DNA from: Vulcanimicrobiales bacterium
Lineage (GTDB): Bacteria; Vulcanimicrobiota; Vulcanimicrobiia; Vulcanimicrobiales; Vulcanimicrobiaceae
Reading direction: 5' to 3'
Length of the DNA stretch: 64,000 nucleotides
NCBI GenBank assembly: GCA_038215615.1
Contig: JBBQQR010000001.1
Location: 1-64,000, forward strand
The translations under genes and the position numbers were made by a program. Positions 47,380 to 56,661 of this stretch are shown here, one piece after another (position 1 is the first letter of the stretch; every line of letters begins with the position of its first letter). The notes beneath the pieces are model-generated. The model did not search any database. It had not been told where the DNA came from and saw only the letters and a list, made by a program, of their open reading frames with translations.

Positions 47380-47718
47380 TTAGGCTTCTGTTTCCTCGTG
47401 GCACGTGACGTGGCGCGGATACTGCGCGGCGATTTGGACGATCGCCAGCCGGGCCGTCTCTACGATGGCCTGCACGCGCTCGTCCTCCCGGCAGCTGCTC
47501 GGCCAGCGAAGCGAAAGCGTTCCCGAACTTTGGGTCGCGTCGAGGGGCACCTTGACGTGCTGCTCTAAGCCCAGGCGCGCGGCTTGCAAGATCCCCGAAA
47601 CGGCGGCGCAGACGAGCGAAAATTCATCCGAACTGGTTTCGGGCAGTTCGACGTGACCTTCGGCAAAAACAGAAGACAGCCGGTGACGGCTGTCCTTGCG
47701 AAACGTGACGTTCATCAC
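47380..47718 (-). CDS. prp: Ribosomal-processing cysteine protease Prp
   Basis: EGH...LVCAAVS catalytic His/Cys; ends QYP..V; directly after rplU. Confidence 0.85.
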   Translation of the reverse strand: MMNVTFRKDSRHRLSSVFAEGHVELPETSSDEFSLVCAAVSGILQAARLGLEQHVKVPLDATQSSGTLSLRWPSSCREDERVQAIVETARLAIVQIAAQYPRHVTCHEETEA

Positions 47719-47728
47719 CGTGGAGCCC

Positions 47729-48046
47729 TTAAGGCAGCTCGATCTTCGTGATCTGAATCTCGGCAAAAGGCTGGCGGTGGCCGTTGAGCGTGCGGACGCG
47801 CTTTTTGGACTTGTATCTGAAGACCAGAATCTTGCGGTCTTTATCCTGACGAAGCACTTTGCCGGTGACCGAAGCGCCCTTCACGAGCGGCGACCCAAGC
47901 GTGATTTTTTCGCCGCCCTTGCTTGCCAGCACGATACGATCGAAGGTCACGTTCTTGCCGACTTCGCTTTCGAGCAGATCGCAGCGGATGACGTCGCCCT
48001 CGGCGACCTTATACTGCTTGCCGCCCGTCTCGATAATCGCGTACAT
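47729..48046 (-). CDS. rplU: 50S ribosomal protein L21
   Basis: MYAIIETGGKQYKV.EGD, GHRQ. Confidence 0.97.
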   Translation of the reverse strand: MYAIIETGGKQYKVAEGDVIRCDLLESEVGKNVTFDRIVLASKGGEKITLGSPLVKGASVTGKVLRQDKDRKILVFRYKSKKRVRTLNGHRQPFAEIQITKIELP

Positions 48047-48055
48047 AACTTTGGA

Positions 48056-48084
48056 ACATTAGCATCCGCCCCGAGCCCTGTCAA
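48056..48084 (-). promoter_or_regulatory. Sigma70 promoter for a near-leaderless rplU transcript
   Basis: TTGACA-N17-TAATGT, 9 nt before ATG; no SD. Confidence 0.6.
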
Positions 48085-48115
48085 CGCGCGGACGCCGTCT
48101 CGGGCCGGCCGCCGC

Positions 48116-48171
48116 TTGACGGCCCACGTAACCGGTGTTATATTTGACAGAGAAGTCTGTAAAACAGATTT
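48116..48171 (+). promoter_or_regulatory. Sigma70 promoter (TTGACG-N17-TATATT) plus operator AAGTCTGT-AAA-ACAGATTT
   Basis: 7/8 inverted repeat just downstream of the -10; operon encodes a wHTH regulator. Confidence 0.6.
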
Positions 48172-48190
48172 ATCTAGAACGGAGACTGCT

Positions 48191-48766
48191 ATGGAATCCC
48201 TCAGCCCGGCCCAGGTCCGGGACCACATCGAAATGGTCGACCGCATCCTGACCCGCTCGGAGCGTTCGCTGCGCGTCGGAGGCGAGTTCTTTCTGGTTTG
48301 GGGCCTCGTTGGGACAATCGTAACGCTGGCCTTCCAGCTTATCATCGATGGGCATATTCCGAGCCGGGCGCTGTGGGCGCTGCCATTGTTTTTTGCCGCT
48401 GCGATCGCGTTCAGCATGCTGCGCGGGCGCCAGCTTGGCAAAAGCTCCGAGGGCTTGCCACTCATTCAACGCGAGTTTTTCGCCGTGCTGTGGATCTCGC
48501 TCGGCGTAGCCTTCTTTGCCGACGCTTTCGGGTACCGCATCTTTTCAACGTGGGCCAGTTCCGCAGTGTGGAATATCGCCGCGGCGATCGTGCTGCTCTT
48601 TATCGCCGTGCACGGCAACCGTCGTGCGCTCGTTTGCGGCATCATCGTACTCGTCTCGGTGGCCGTTGCGAACTTTCTGCCCGCGATTACCGGCTACGTG
48701 CTGGCGGGGGGACTGCTCTTCGGATACGCCGGCTTCGGCCTCGTCAGTTTGACGTCGCGCGATTGA
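48191..48766 (+). CDS. Multi-TM membrane protein
   Basis: GGAG SD, ATG 48191; about six TMs; FLVWG motif. Confidence 0.75.
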   Translation: MESLSPAQVRDHIEMVDRILTRSERSLRVGGEFFLVWGLVGTIVTLAFQLIIDGHIPSRALWALPLFFAAAIAFSMLRGRQLGKSSEGLPLIQREFFAVLWISLGVAFFADAFGYRIFSTWASSAVWNIAAAIVLLFIAVHGNRRALVCGIIVLVSVAVANFLPAITGYVLAGGLLFGYAGFGLVSLTSRD

Positions 48767-48767
48767 T

Positions 48768-49052
48768 GTGAACGATCTCTTGCTTTCGAGGATTCGCTTG
48801 GGCGTGATCGCGGAGCTGCTTAACGTGGAGTGGGTTGCGTTCAGCGATCTCCAGCAGGCGACACAAACGACCAACGGCAACTTGGGCGCGCACTTGGGCA
48901 AACTCGCCGATGCGGGCTACGTTGCCGAAGAAAAAGTATTTGTCGCGCGCCGCCCTCAGACGCGTTACCGGTTGACGAAGACGGGCCGCGCCGCATTTGT
49001 AGAGCACGTTCGCGACATGCAGCGTATACTCGAGAAAGAGAGCGTATCGTGA
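48768..49052 (+). CDS. Winged-helix transcriptional regulator (HTH_34-like)
   Basis: RIRLG, FSDL, T.GNL..HL.KL..AGYV, RPQT.Y.LT..GR.AF. Confidence 0.88.
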   Translation: MNDLLLSRIRLGVIAELLNVEWVAFSDLQQATQTTNGNLGAHLGKLADAGYVAEEKVFVARRPQTRYRLTKTGRAAFVEHVRDMQRILEKESVS

Positions 49053-49765
49053 CGTCGCCATGGTGGTATCGGGGCCGTACGTGGGTCTTCGCGCTGATTT
49101 TCTTTGCCGGATTCTTCATTGGCGGATTTGCGTCGGGCATATTGCACCACGCCTACATTCCGGCGTATCGCGAATTGGGTCGCTCCTTCGGCCCCAACGG
49201 CCCGGTGTGGGCGCTCGCGGCTGCGGCGGCCTGCGCCACGCTATGCTTCGCCCTGCGCGTGTGGGGCTCGAGCTACTTGCGCGCGGGAATCGTTTGGAAT
49301 CCGCAAGCGCGCACGGATTCGCTGCTCGTGGCCGGACCATTTCGTTACGTTCGCAATCCGCTTTATTTAGGAAACACTTTTTTGGCAATCGGGGTCGGAC
49401 TGATGGCGCCCGTGGCCGGGTTTCCGATCATCGTCATCGGAAACGTGCTGTTCGTGCTTGCGCTCGCAAAGCATGAAGAGGTTATGCTCGAGGCCGGTTA
49501 CGGCGAGCGCTTCCGCGCATACGCGGCGCAGGTGCCGTCATTCGTGCCGCGCCTGTTTCCGGTCGCGGCGCAAGGCGACGTCCACCCATCGCTCGTCGAC
49601 GGTTTGCTTTCGGAAGTTTTTGTCGCCGCCCTGATCGTGGGCATTATTCTCGCTCTTATCGACCGGCAGCACGGGGGGATCGATTTCTTCGTCCTCTACG
49701 CCGCCGGCATTATCGCGCAGCGGCTCATCGCTCGCGCCCAGCTGCAGGCGAGATCTTCGCCCTAA
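49049..49765 (+). CDS. ICMT/PEMT-family membrane methyltransferase
   Basis: L...GPFRYVRNPLYLG, EE..L...YGE.F..Y...VP.F.PR. Confidence 0.85.
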   Translation: MTSPWWYRGRTWVFALIFFAGFFIGGFASGILHHAYIPAYRELGRSFGPNGPVWALAAAAACATLCFALRVWGSSYLRAGIVWNPQARTDSLLVAGPFRYVRNPLYLGNTFLAIGVGLMAPVAGFPIIVIGNVLFVLALAKHEEVMLEAGYGERFRAYAAQVPSFVPRLFPVAAQGDVHPSLVDGLLSEVFVAALIVGIILALIDRQHGGIDFFVLYAAGIIAQRLIARAQLQARSSP

Positions 49766-49783
49766 GGCAAATAGCGAAGCGCG

Positions 49784-51262
49784 ATGCGCGCATCTCGAGT
49801 AGGAGTGATCGTGTGGAGCGCCGTCTTTGCTGTGACGGCGCTTCGTGCGATCTTTGATGCTACGCTTCCACTGACCGGCGACGAAGCGTACTACTGGGAA
49901 TGGAGCCGCCGGCTCGCGGCCGGATATGTCGACCATCCGCCGGCGGTGGCATTTGCGATCGCGGCGTTTGCGTGGCTCGGGCAGACTCCCTTTGCGGTGC
50001 GGTTGCCATTCGTACTCTGCGGTTTGGGCACGGCGATTTTTGCTTCGGGCGCTGCGAATGTCTTGACCGGGGATCGCTTGGCCGGATGGATCGCGGCGCT
50101 CGCGGTGTCGCTCGCTCCGATGATGATCGTCGCTTTTGGCATGGTCAGTCCCGACGGTCCCTTCGCATTGTTTTGGGCACTCAGTCTGTATTGCGCGGCG
50201 CGCGCGTTCCGCGGCCGTTCGTGGCAGTGGTTCGCGCTGCTCGGGGTTGCTCTCGGTTTGGCGTTGCTCTCGCGCTTCTTTGCAATCGCGCTGGTCTGCG
50301 GCATTATCGCGGCGGGTTGCGCGAAGCCGTACCGGAGCATGCTAGGGCGCATCGCATTCTCCGCGCTCGTCGCGTGCGCGGTCTGGTCGCCGTTTCTTTT
50401 TTGGAACGCATCACACCATTGGATATCGTTTGCTTTTGCGCTCGTTCAGCGGCACGAAGCGCAATACTCGTTCGGCCGTCCGTTTCTCATTTACGTTTTG
50501 GGCGCGATCGGCTTTTCGCCCGGGCTTTGGATAGCCGCCACGCTGGTTGCATTGCGGCCGAAGGAACCGCTGATACTGTGGACGGCTCTGCCGTTGTGCG
50601 TCGTGTTCCTGTTGCTGGCGCTGCGAGAATCCGTCGAAGTGTACTGGTTCATCGGGCCCTTCATATCGCTGGCGATTGGTCTGGGCGGAGTCTTCGCGGA
50701 ATGGGATGCGCAACGTCAGCTGCGCCGCGGTTTGTGGATCTTCGCACCGGCGGTCGTGCTAACGGCGCTCGTCTTTTTCGCGGGAATCGCACCGAACGCC
50801 GTCTATGCGGGTGTCCGGCACGCCGGCCTTCGTCTACACTATGGCGGACCATTTGAAATGTTCACCTATCCGCCGCTGGCAAAAGATGTGCGCGCCCTGA
50901 CGCTGGCACGCAAAGCCGACGTCATGACCGACGGATACGGATTTTCCTCGTTAATGGATTTTTACGGGGGCCTTCCTCCGGTTCTCATCGGTTACGACGC
51001 GCAAGGTCAAGAAGCTCGCCACTGGTATACCGACGGCGCCCATCCCCATCTGCTGCTCTTCCTCGACAAGGTGCCGCTCGCAACACGCGCAGACTTCACC
51101 GCACAGATGCTGCTCGCATGCACGCGCGTTATACCTGGACCAGTGCTGACCTATCCGCTCGCCGGCGACGATCGCAGCGTTCCGCCGCGACGGTATTTCA
51201 CGACGTGGTGCAGCCCGAAACCCAACACGATCGCGACGCTGCGTTGGCCGGATAGACGTTAG
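49784..51262 (+). CDS. Glycosyltransferase family 39/ArnT-like membrane protein
   Basis: DEAYYWEWSRRLA.GY.DHPP, SPD.P, many TMs. Confidence 0.87.
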   Translation: MRASRVGVIVWSAVFAVTALRAIFDATLPLTGDEAYYWEWSRRLAAGYVDHPPAVAFAIAAFAWLGQTPFAVRLPFVLCGLGTAIFASGAANVLTGDRLAGWIAALAVSLAPMMIVAFGMVSPDGPFALFWALSLYCAARAFRGRSWQWFALLGVALGLALLSRFFAIALVCGIIAAGCAKPYRSMLGRIAFSALVACAVWSPFLFWNASHHWISFAFALVQRHEAQYSFGRPFLIYVLGAIGFSPGLWIAATLVALRPKEPLILWTALPLCVVFLLLALRESVEVYWFIGPFISLAIGLGGVFAEWDAQRQLRRGLWIFAPAVVLTALVFFAGIAPNAVYAGVRHAGLRLHYGGPFEMFTYPPLAKDVRALTLARKADVMTDGYGFSSLMDFYGGLPPVLIGYDAQGQEARHWYTDGAHPHLLLFLDKVPLATRADFTAQMLLACTRVIPGPVLTYPLAGDDRSVPPRRYFTTWCSPKPNTIATLRWPDRR

Positions 51263-53502
51263 GGGTGCAGTGTTAATGTAGCGCGCGCTGCCGCGCGAAC
51301 GGCCGCGCCGGTAAACGGCAACGGGACTAGGCGCGCAGCGATCCACGCCGGGCTTTGATCGGTGTAGTGACCCGACCCGGGTTGACCGGACTCGCCGCTG
51401 GGAACCGACATTCCGCCCGCGTCCCAATTGCCCACGTCCCACACCGCGCGAAAACTTTGCGACGCTGTCGCCGTCTGCACGTGAACCCCGTAACGATCGC
51501 CGTCGCCCGGCAGCGTCGCGCCGTTCAAAAACGAAAAGCCGAGCGAGTTGAGCGGATGGTGCACGGTGACTTTCCCGTATTCGCTCCATGGTGCCAGCAA
51601 ATGCGTTCCGCCGGCTTCGACGGCTTGCCGGAATGACTTTACGAGCAGGCTATCGAGGTTCGGGCCTTGGCGCAGTAATCGCATGAGCAGCATAAAATCC
51701 GAACCGTCGGCGCTGGCCTGGTAATCTTCGTATCGATCGGGCACGAGCGCGCGCGCCAGAGCCGCCACTGCAATTCGCCGCGTCTCCCAAACGATCGCGG
51801 CGCCCCGCGAGTCCGGATCGAAGCGTCCGTTCCAATTCGTGAGCGACGCGATGTACGGTGAGAGTGCGCGGTCGTTAATCAGACCTTTACGGCGCAGCGC
51901 ACCCAGCGTTGCGCGCGCCAGGTCGCGTTCGGGCGCCGAGAGCGTATCGGTTTGAAAGGCCGCCATGTCGGCGACACCGAGACGTTCCTTCGAATGGAGC
52001 AGCGATATTATGCGCGCGGCGCGATAGGGCGGCGCAAAGCTCGGGCTCAGTCTGTACGGATAGCCTTCGCCGTACGTCCGGTTGTTCGCCGTAAATAGGA
52101 TCGCATCGCGCGAAGGCGCGACGTGCGGCACCGCTTGAAAGCCGATGTACGGGTAGTGCGGGTCGGCGGCCGCGTGTACTCGTAACCCCCAGGACGGGTC
52201 GTTAGGAATGAGACCGGCAACGTGGTATGCGGCCGCGCCCGTGCGGTCGGCGATAACGAAGTTTTGTGGAGGTCCGGGATAACTCTGCAGCGCGGCGAGA
52301 GCTTCGTTTACCGAACGCGCGCGATCCAATCGGGCAAAGGCAATGACGGGCGAGCGCGGCAGCGTCGCGGCGTTCCAATCAACGGAGTACGCGGCCGCGC
52401 CGTCTGATTGCGCGACGAAGCCGTGCGCCGTTTGTTTATATCCTAATCGCGCGTCCCGTCCGAAGCGGACGTGAAAGGTTTCCCAGCGCGTCCGTGCGTC
52501 CTTGAGGGTCGTGCGATAGACGACTTCGGTGACGACGGTGGCGTTGGTCGCGCCCCACGCAACCTCGGCATTATGTCCCAGAATCACGCCGGGCGTTCCG
52601 GGCAGCGTTCCGCCCGCAACATGCAGACGCGGCGAATGCAGATCGACCAAGTACCAGACGCCCGGAATCCCCAAGCGCAAGTGAGGATCGTTCGCGAGCA
52701 GCGCCCGGCCGGTGGCAGAATGGTTAGCGCCGACGGCCCACTCATTGCTGCCCACGGGTGCGCGTTCTATCGAAGCGGCGCGCTGCAGCGCGCTATCGAT
52801 GCGCAACGACGGCAACGCCGGCACCGGCGCCGGGCGCGTGGGCGCAAGCGGCGCATCGTAGGCCGGGTCGGTGATCGTGTAGAGATCGATCATGCGCAAC
52901 CGCGTTGCTAGATGATTGGCCACGCCGTCGCGCCGGATCACGTCGTCCCACGTGTCGATCAGGTCGAGTACCGTGGCCATTCCCGCCGCGAGCGAATCCT
53001 GCGGCTTCCACGGTTCGGGCCGGTAGAGCAGAAGACGGAATTCCACCGGTAGCGGCTGTTGCTGCATCGCGGCGTTGACGCCGTCAGAAAAAGACTGAAG
53101 CATCGCGCGATCTCTCGGGCCGAGCGAGAGCCATTGCCGTGACACGATGCCGCGGATGTCCACGATGCGCGCATTCTTATCGGTGGGCAAGGCCGGGGAG
53201 CCGATGACTTCGGCCAGCCGTCCATAAACAAAGCGCCGAATGAAATCCATTTGAAAGAGACGGTCCGAGCCTTCGGCAAAGCCTTGCGCGAAAAAAAGAT
53301 CGGTTTCGTTTTGCGCAAGAATGTGCGGGATGCCGCGATCGTCGCGAACGATCTGCACCGGCGCGCGCAGACCCGCAACGCGCAGCGATCCGGAGGTTTG
53401 TGCCGTGGCGTGCATGCCGGCGAAGGCATTTATCGCGTACGCGGCGATCGCGATCAAGAGAATCGCAACGGCCAGCCCAACAAAGCGTAGGGCCGAGCGC
53501 AC
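51259..53502 (-). CDS. Penicillin acylase family (Ntn hydrolase)
   Basis: RD..GIPHI.A, AQG, DRLFQMD, GSNEWAV N-terminal nucleophile Ser, LANDPHL, GESG.PGS.HY.DQ. Confidence 0.93.
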   Translation of the reverse strand: MRSALRFVGLAVAILLIAIAAYAINAFAGMHATAQTSGSLRVAGLRAPVQIVRDDRGIPHILAQNETDLFFAQGFAEGSDRLFQMDFIRRFVYGRLAEVIGSPALPTDKNARIVDIRGIVSRQWLSLGPRDRAMLQSFSDGVNAAMQQQPLPVEFRLLLYRPEPWKPQDSLAAGMATVLDLIDTWDDVIRRDGVANHLATRLRMIDLYTITDPAYDAPLAPTRPAPVPALPSLRIDSALQRAASIERAPVGSNEWAVGANHSATGRALLANDPHLRLGIPGVWYLVDLHSPRLHVAGGTLPGTPGVILGHNAEVAWGATNATVVTEVVYRTTLKDARTRWETFHVRFGRDARLGYKQTAHGFVAQSDGAAAYSVDWNAATLPRSPVIAFARLDRARSVNEALAALQSYPGPPQNFVIADRTGAAAYHVAGLIPNDPSWGLRVHAAADPHYPYIGFQAVPHVAPSRDAILFTANNRTYGEGYPYRLSPSFAPPYRAARIISLLHSKERLGVADMAAFQTDTLSAPERDLARATLGALRRKGLINDRALSPYIASLTNWNGRFDPDSRGAAIVWETRRIAVAALARALVPDRYEDYQASADGSDFMLLMRLLRQGPNLDSLLVKSFRQAVEAGGTHLLAPWSEYGKVTVHHPLNSLGFSFLNGATLPGDGDRYGVHVQTATASQSFRAVWDVGNWDAGGMSVPSGESGQPGSGHYTDQSPAWIAARLVPLPFTGAAVRAAARATLTLHP

Positions 53503-53512
53503 GCGTCCGCGC

Positions 53513-53818
53513 CTAGAGCGTGACGTAGATATCGTCGCCGTCGACCCGGACGGCGTACTTCGGCAACGGCATTACCGCGGGCAGCGTTAACGCCTCGCCG
53601 GTTCGAACATCGAAAGTCGCGCCATGCCGGGGGCACATGATCCGCGCGCCCTCAAGTTCGCCTTGGTCGAGCGCGCCGCCGTCGTGCGTGCAGATATCTT
53701 CGACGGCATAGATCTCGCCGCCGACGTTGCAGATCAACACTTCGGTGCCGTCCGCGACGACGCGGTGCGCCTCGCCCTGCCCGATTTCGCTTTTCTTGGC
53801 AACGAGCTGTTCGGCCAT
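53513..53818 (-). CDS. Rieske-type [2Fe-2S] ferredoxin
   Basis: CTH...CPRHGATFD.RTG; start ATG 53818. Confidence 0.92.
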   Translation of the reverse strand: MAEQLVAKKSEIGQGEAHRVVADGTEVLICNVGGEIYAVEDICTHDGGALDQGELEGARIMCPRHGATFDVRTGEALTLPAVMPLPKYAVRVDGDDIYVTL

Positions 53819-53825
53819 GGAATCG

Positions 53826-54188
53826 TTAGTCGCGGCCGTTCTTGCGGTAGTGAATGATGAAAGCGTTGCCCTCGGAGTCTTCGGCGAAGGCCATCTTGCA
53901 AACCGGTGTATCTTCGGTTTCCGTCTCAATTTTTACGCCGGCTTTCCGGTAGCCGTCCACTGCCGCTTCAAAGTTGTCGACGGCAAACATCACGCCGTTC
54001 CCCGCCGTCCACGACCCATCGCTCATCTTCCATATGCTAAACGTGGTGTTGTCGGGCATCACGAACTCGGCGCCCTGGCCGCCGAATTCGCCCGCTAGCG
54101 GTAAACCCATAACGTCGCGGTAAAATTTCGTGGCGCGTTCGACGTCCTTTACCAAGTACGCGGTGGTATCGATTCCTACGATTGCCAT
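53826..54188 (-). CDS. VOC/glyoxalase family protein
   Basis: V.DVERA..FY.DV.GL, FAVDN, DSEGN. Confidence 0.9.
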   Translation of the reverse strand: MAIVGIDTTAYLVKDVERATKFYRDVMGLPLAGEFGGQGAEFVMPDNTTFSIWKMSDGSWTAGNGVMFAVDNFEAAVDGYRKAGVKIETETEDTPVCKMAFAEDSEGNAFIIHYRKNGRD

Positions 54189-54261
54189 GATCTGCAGCTC
54201 CTTTAAAGCGCGAACCGTGCCGTTCGTCCCCGACCTTGGGGCGTCCTTATCAGCCCCGATT

Positions 54262-54299
54262 AAAATGAAACCGGAGCCGCTCTTTCGAGCGGCCCCGGT
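54262..54299 (-). terminator. Intrinsic terminator after sufB
   Basis: Minus strand ACCGGGGCCGCTC-GAAA-GAGCGGCTCCGGT then TTCATTTT. Confidence 0.75.
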
Positions 54300-54349
54300 G
54301 ACACGAGGCTTGATACCCTACTCCAGTGTATCATTTTCGACGCCTGGAG

Positions 54350-55768
54350 TTAGCCGACTGACCCTTCCATCTCCATTTTGACGAGGCGGTTCAGTTCGAT
54401 GGCGTATTCCATCGGCAATTCCTTGACGAAGAAGTCGAAGAAACCGTTGACGATCATCGCGGTCGCGTCGGCTTCGTTCAAGCCGCGGCTCATCGCGTAG
54501 AAGAGCTGCTCTTCGCCGATTTTGCTGACGCTGGCTTCATGTTCGACGGTCGAACGCTGCTCGTGAATTTTCATGGTGGGCTTGGTGTCGCTGGCCGATT
54601 CTTCGTCCATGATGAGCGCATCGCACTTGACGCGCGTTTTCGCACCGACCGCGCCGGGGAAAATCTCGACCAGTCCGCGGTACGTCGTCTTTCCGCCGTG
54701 CGCGCTGACCGATTTGTTGGTGACCATCGACGTCGTGTTGGGCGCGGCGTGGATGACTTTTGCACCGGCGTCTTGGTGCTGGCCTTCGCCGGCAAAAGCC
54801 ATCGAGAGCACTTCGCCACGTGCGCCTTCGCCCATCAGGTAGATGGCCGGATACTTCATGGTCAAACGCGATCCGATGTTGCCGTCAACCCATTCGACCG
54901 TCGCGTTCTTGTGCGCGTACGCGCGCTTCGTGACGAGATTGAAAATGTTGCGGTACCAATTTTGGATCGTCGTGTAGCGGATCGACGAACCCTCGAGCGC
55001 GATGAGCTCGACGACCGCGCTGTGCAGCGAACTGGTCGAAAATTTTGGCGCCGTGCATCCCTCAATGTAGTGCAGTTTGGAGCCCTTGTCGGCGATGATC
55101 AACGTGCGCTCGAACTGGCCCATGTTTTCCGCATTGATGCGGAAGTAGGCTTGGAGCGGCTGCTTGACCTCGACGCCCGGTGGAACGTAGATGAACGATC
55201 CGCCCGACCAGACGGCCGAGTTGAGCGCGGCAAACTTGTTGTCGGCGACCGGAATGATCGTCGCCAAGTATTTTTGCACGATTTCGGGATGCTCTTTGAC
55301 GGCAGTGTCCATGTCGCAGAAGAGCACGCCGAGCTCTTCGAGTTCTTTGTTCACGTTGTGATAGACGACTTCAGATTCGTACTGCGCAGAGACGCCGGCC
55401 AAAAACTTGCGTTCGGCTTCAGGAATGCCCAGGCGGTCGAATGTTTTTTTGATGTCGTCGGGCACGTCGTCCCACGAGCGCTCCGTGCGATCGGTGGACT
55501 TCACGAAATAGTGAATGTTGGCGAAGTCGATCTCGGAGAGCAGCTTGCTGTCGCCCCACGTGGGCATCGGCTTGCTCAGGAAGACGTCCAGCGCTTTGAG
55601 CCGGAACTCGCGCATCCACGCGGGTTCGCCCTTCATTTCGCTGATGCGCTCGACGATCTCGCGGGTGAGGCCTTTCCCGGACTTAAAGACGTACTTGTCC
55701 TCGGAATCGTGGAAACCGTGACGGTATTCCTCGATGAGGGGCTGGGCAGGCTTCAGTTGGGTGGCCAT
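54350..55768 (-). CDS. sufB: Fe-S cluster assembly protein SufB
   Basis: [61 protein letters not shown]. Confidence 0.97.
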   Translation of the reverse strand: MATQLKPAQPLIEEYRHGFHDSEDKYVFKSGKGLTREIVERISEMKGEPAWMREFRLKALDVFLSKPMPTWGDSKLLSEIDFANIHYFVKSTDRTERSWDDVPDDIKKTFDRLGIPEAERKFLAGVSAQYESEVVYHNVNKELEELGVLFCDMDTAVKEHPEIVQKYLATIIPVADNKFAALNSAVWSGGSFIYVPPGVEVKQPLQAYFRINAENMGQFERTLIIADKGSKLHYIEGCTAPKFSTSSLHSAVVELIALEGSSIRYTTIQNWYRNIFNLVTKRAYAHKNATVEWVDGNIGSRLTMKYPAIYLMGEGARGEVLSMAFAGEGQHQDAGAKVIHAAPNTTSMVTNKSVSAHGGKTTYRGLVEIFPGAVGAKTRVKCDALIMDEESASDTKPTMKIHEQRSTVEHEASVSKIGEEQLFYAMSRGLNEADATAMIVNGFFDFFVKELPMEYAIELNRLVKMEMEGSVG

Positions 55769-55803
55769 GTCCTATAAAGGTATGCTAGCGCTCAGCGATA
55801 GTC

Positions 55804-55833
55804 AAGATAATGAAGGTCTATCTTCACTATCTT
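55804..55833. promoter_or_regulatory. Inverted repeat upstream of sufB (putative regulator site)
   Basis: AAGATAATGAAG-N6-CTTCACTATCTT (11/12), abutting a minus-strand TTGACT. Confidence 0.55.
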
Positions 55834-56067
55834 TACAACGGTCTGCTGACGCTCGGAGTTGCGGGCAGGGCAGCCGACCGGCCGCTCCATTATGTCTCTG
55901 TCTGCCGTTCGTCTCCGGACGGCCGGATTTCCGCCAAAAACCTCAAGCGCGAGCGATGGACGCTCGCGTGGATCGGATCCGTCCGTGCTGCGCGGGAATA
56001 GCTTTACAGCGGGGGCGATAGGGGCTATTCTTTTTTCGAGCTCTTTTTAAGGAAGGTGCTCACGGTC

Positions 56068-56145
56068 ATGGGAGGCGCGCCCTTACGCGCCATCGCGGCA
56101 AGCCGCACGCGCACCGAAAAAGCGCCGGCAAGAGCTCGCCGATAG
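56068..56145 (+). other. Putative uORF/leader peptide upstream of speD (MGGAPLRAIAASRTRTEKAPARARR)
   Basis: AAGGAAGG SD-like at 56049; in-frame GTG at 56056; inside a long leader. Confidence 0.35.
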
Positions 56146-56224
56146 GTCGGGGACGTGGCTGCACCGCAGGCGCCAGCCGACAAGTCCGGAGGTGGGATTC
56201 CCACAAGTCGAGGAGAGCGCAGAA

Positions 56225-56638
56225 TTGAAAGCACTCGGTACGCACATTGTGTGCGAACTCTCGGGGTGTGACCCGACGGCCCTTTCGGACGTAGACGGCG
56301 TCCACGCAATGATGGTCGCAGCAGCGCGAGCCGCGAACGCGACTATTCTGCAGAGTTCGTTTCATCGTTTCGAGCCGCAAGGCGTCTCGGGCACGGTGAT
56401 TCTGGCAGAATCGCATCTCTCGATCCACACCTGGCCTGAAAAGCAATACGCCGCCATGGATTTTTACACGTGCGGCGATCACACGGACCCATGGCTGGCT
56501 TGCCTACACGCAGCCAAGGTTCTCTCCGCAAAGCAAATGTTGACCACCGAATTCAAACGGGGCATCGAATCAAAAAACGGGACCTTTACCCACGTCGTAA
56601 CGGCAACCGAAGCAAAAGATCGACCGCGAACCGCCTAG
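56225..56638 (+). CDS. speD: S-adenosylmethionine decarboxylase proenzyme (class 1B)
   Basis: GAGGAG SD + TTG; F.PQGVSG...LAESHLSIHTWPE self-cleavage site; D.YTCG. Confidence 0.92.
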   Translation: MKALGTHIVCELSGCDPTALSDVDGVHAMMVAAARAANATILQSSFHRFEPQGVSGTVILAESHLSIHTWPEKQYAAMDFYTCGDHTDPWLACLHAAKVLSAKQMLTTEFKRGIESKNGTFTHVVTATEAKDRPRTA

Positions 56639-56661
56639 CCGCGGTTCTTATTTCGTAAGCG

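Noticed and set aside
54539..55777. 412-aa antisense ORF to sufB and similar long antisense ORFs (e.g. 18293-19345, 9246-10184, 32404-33318)
   Set aside because: Mirror-frame artefacts of GC-rich coding sequence overlapping well-supported genes
55810..56001. 63-aa ORF in the sufB-speD intergenic region
   Set aside because: No SD, it starts inside the inverted repeat and ends in the promoter motif; no recognisable features
56000..56225. SAM-I-like riboswitch upstream of speD
   Set aside because: I could not find the ATC...GAT P1 or GCAACC core by eye; left as an unclassified leader
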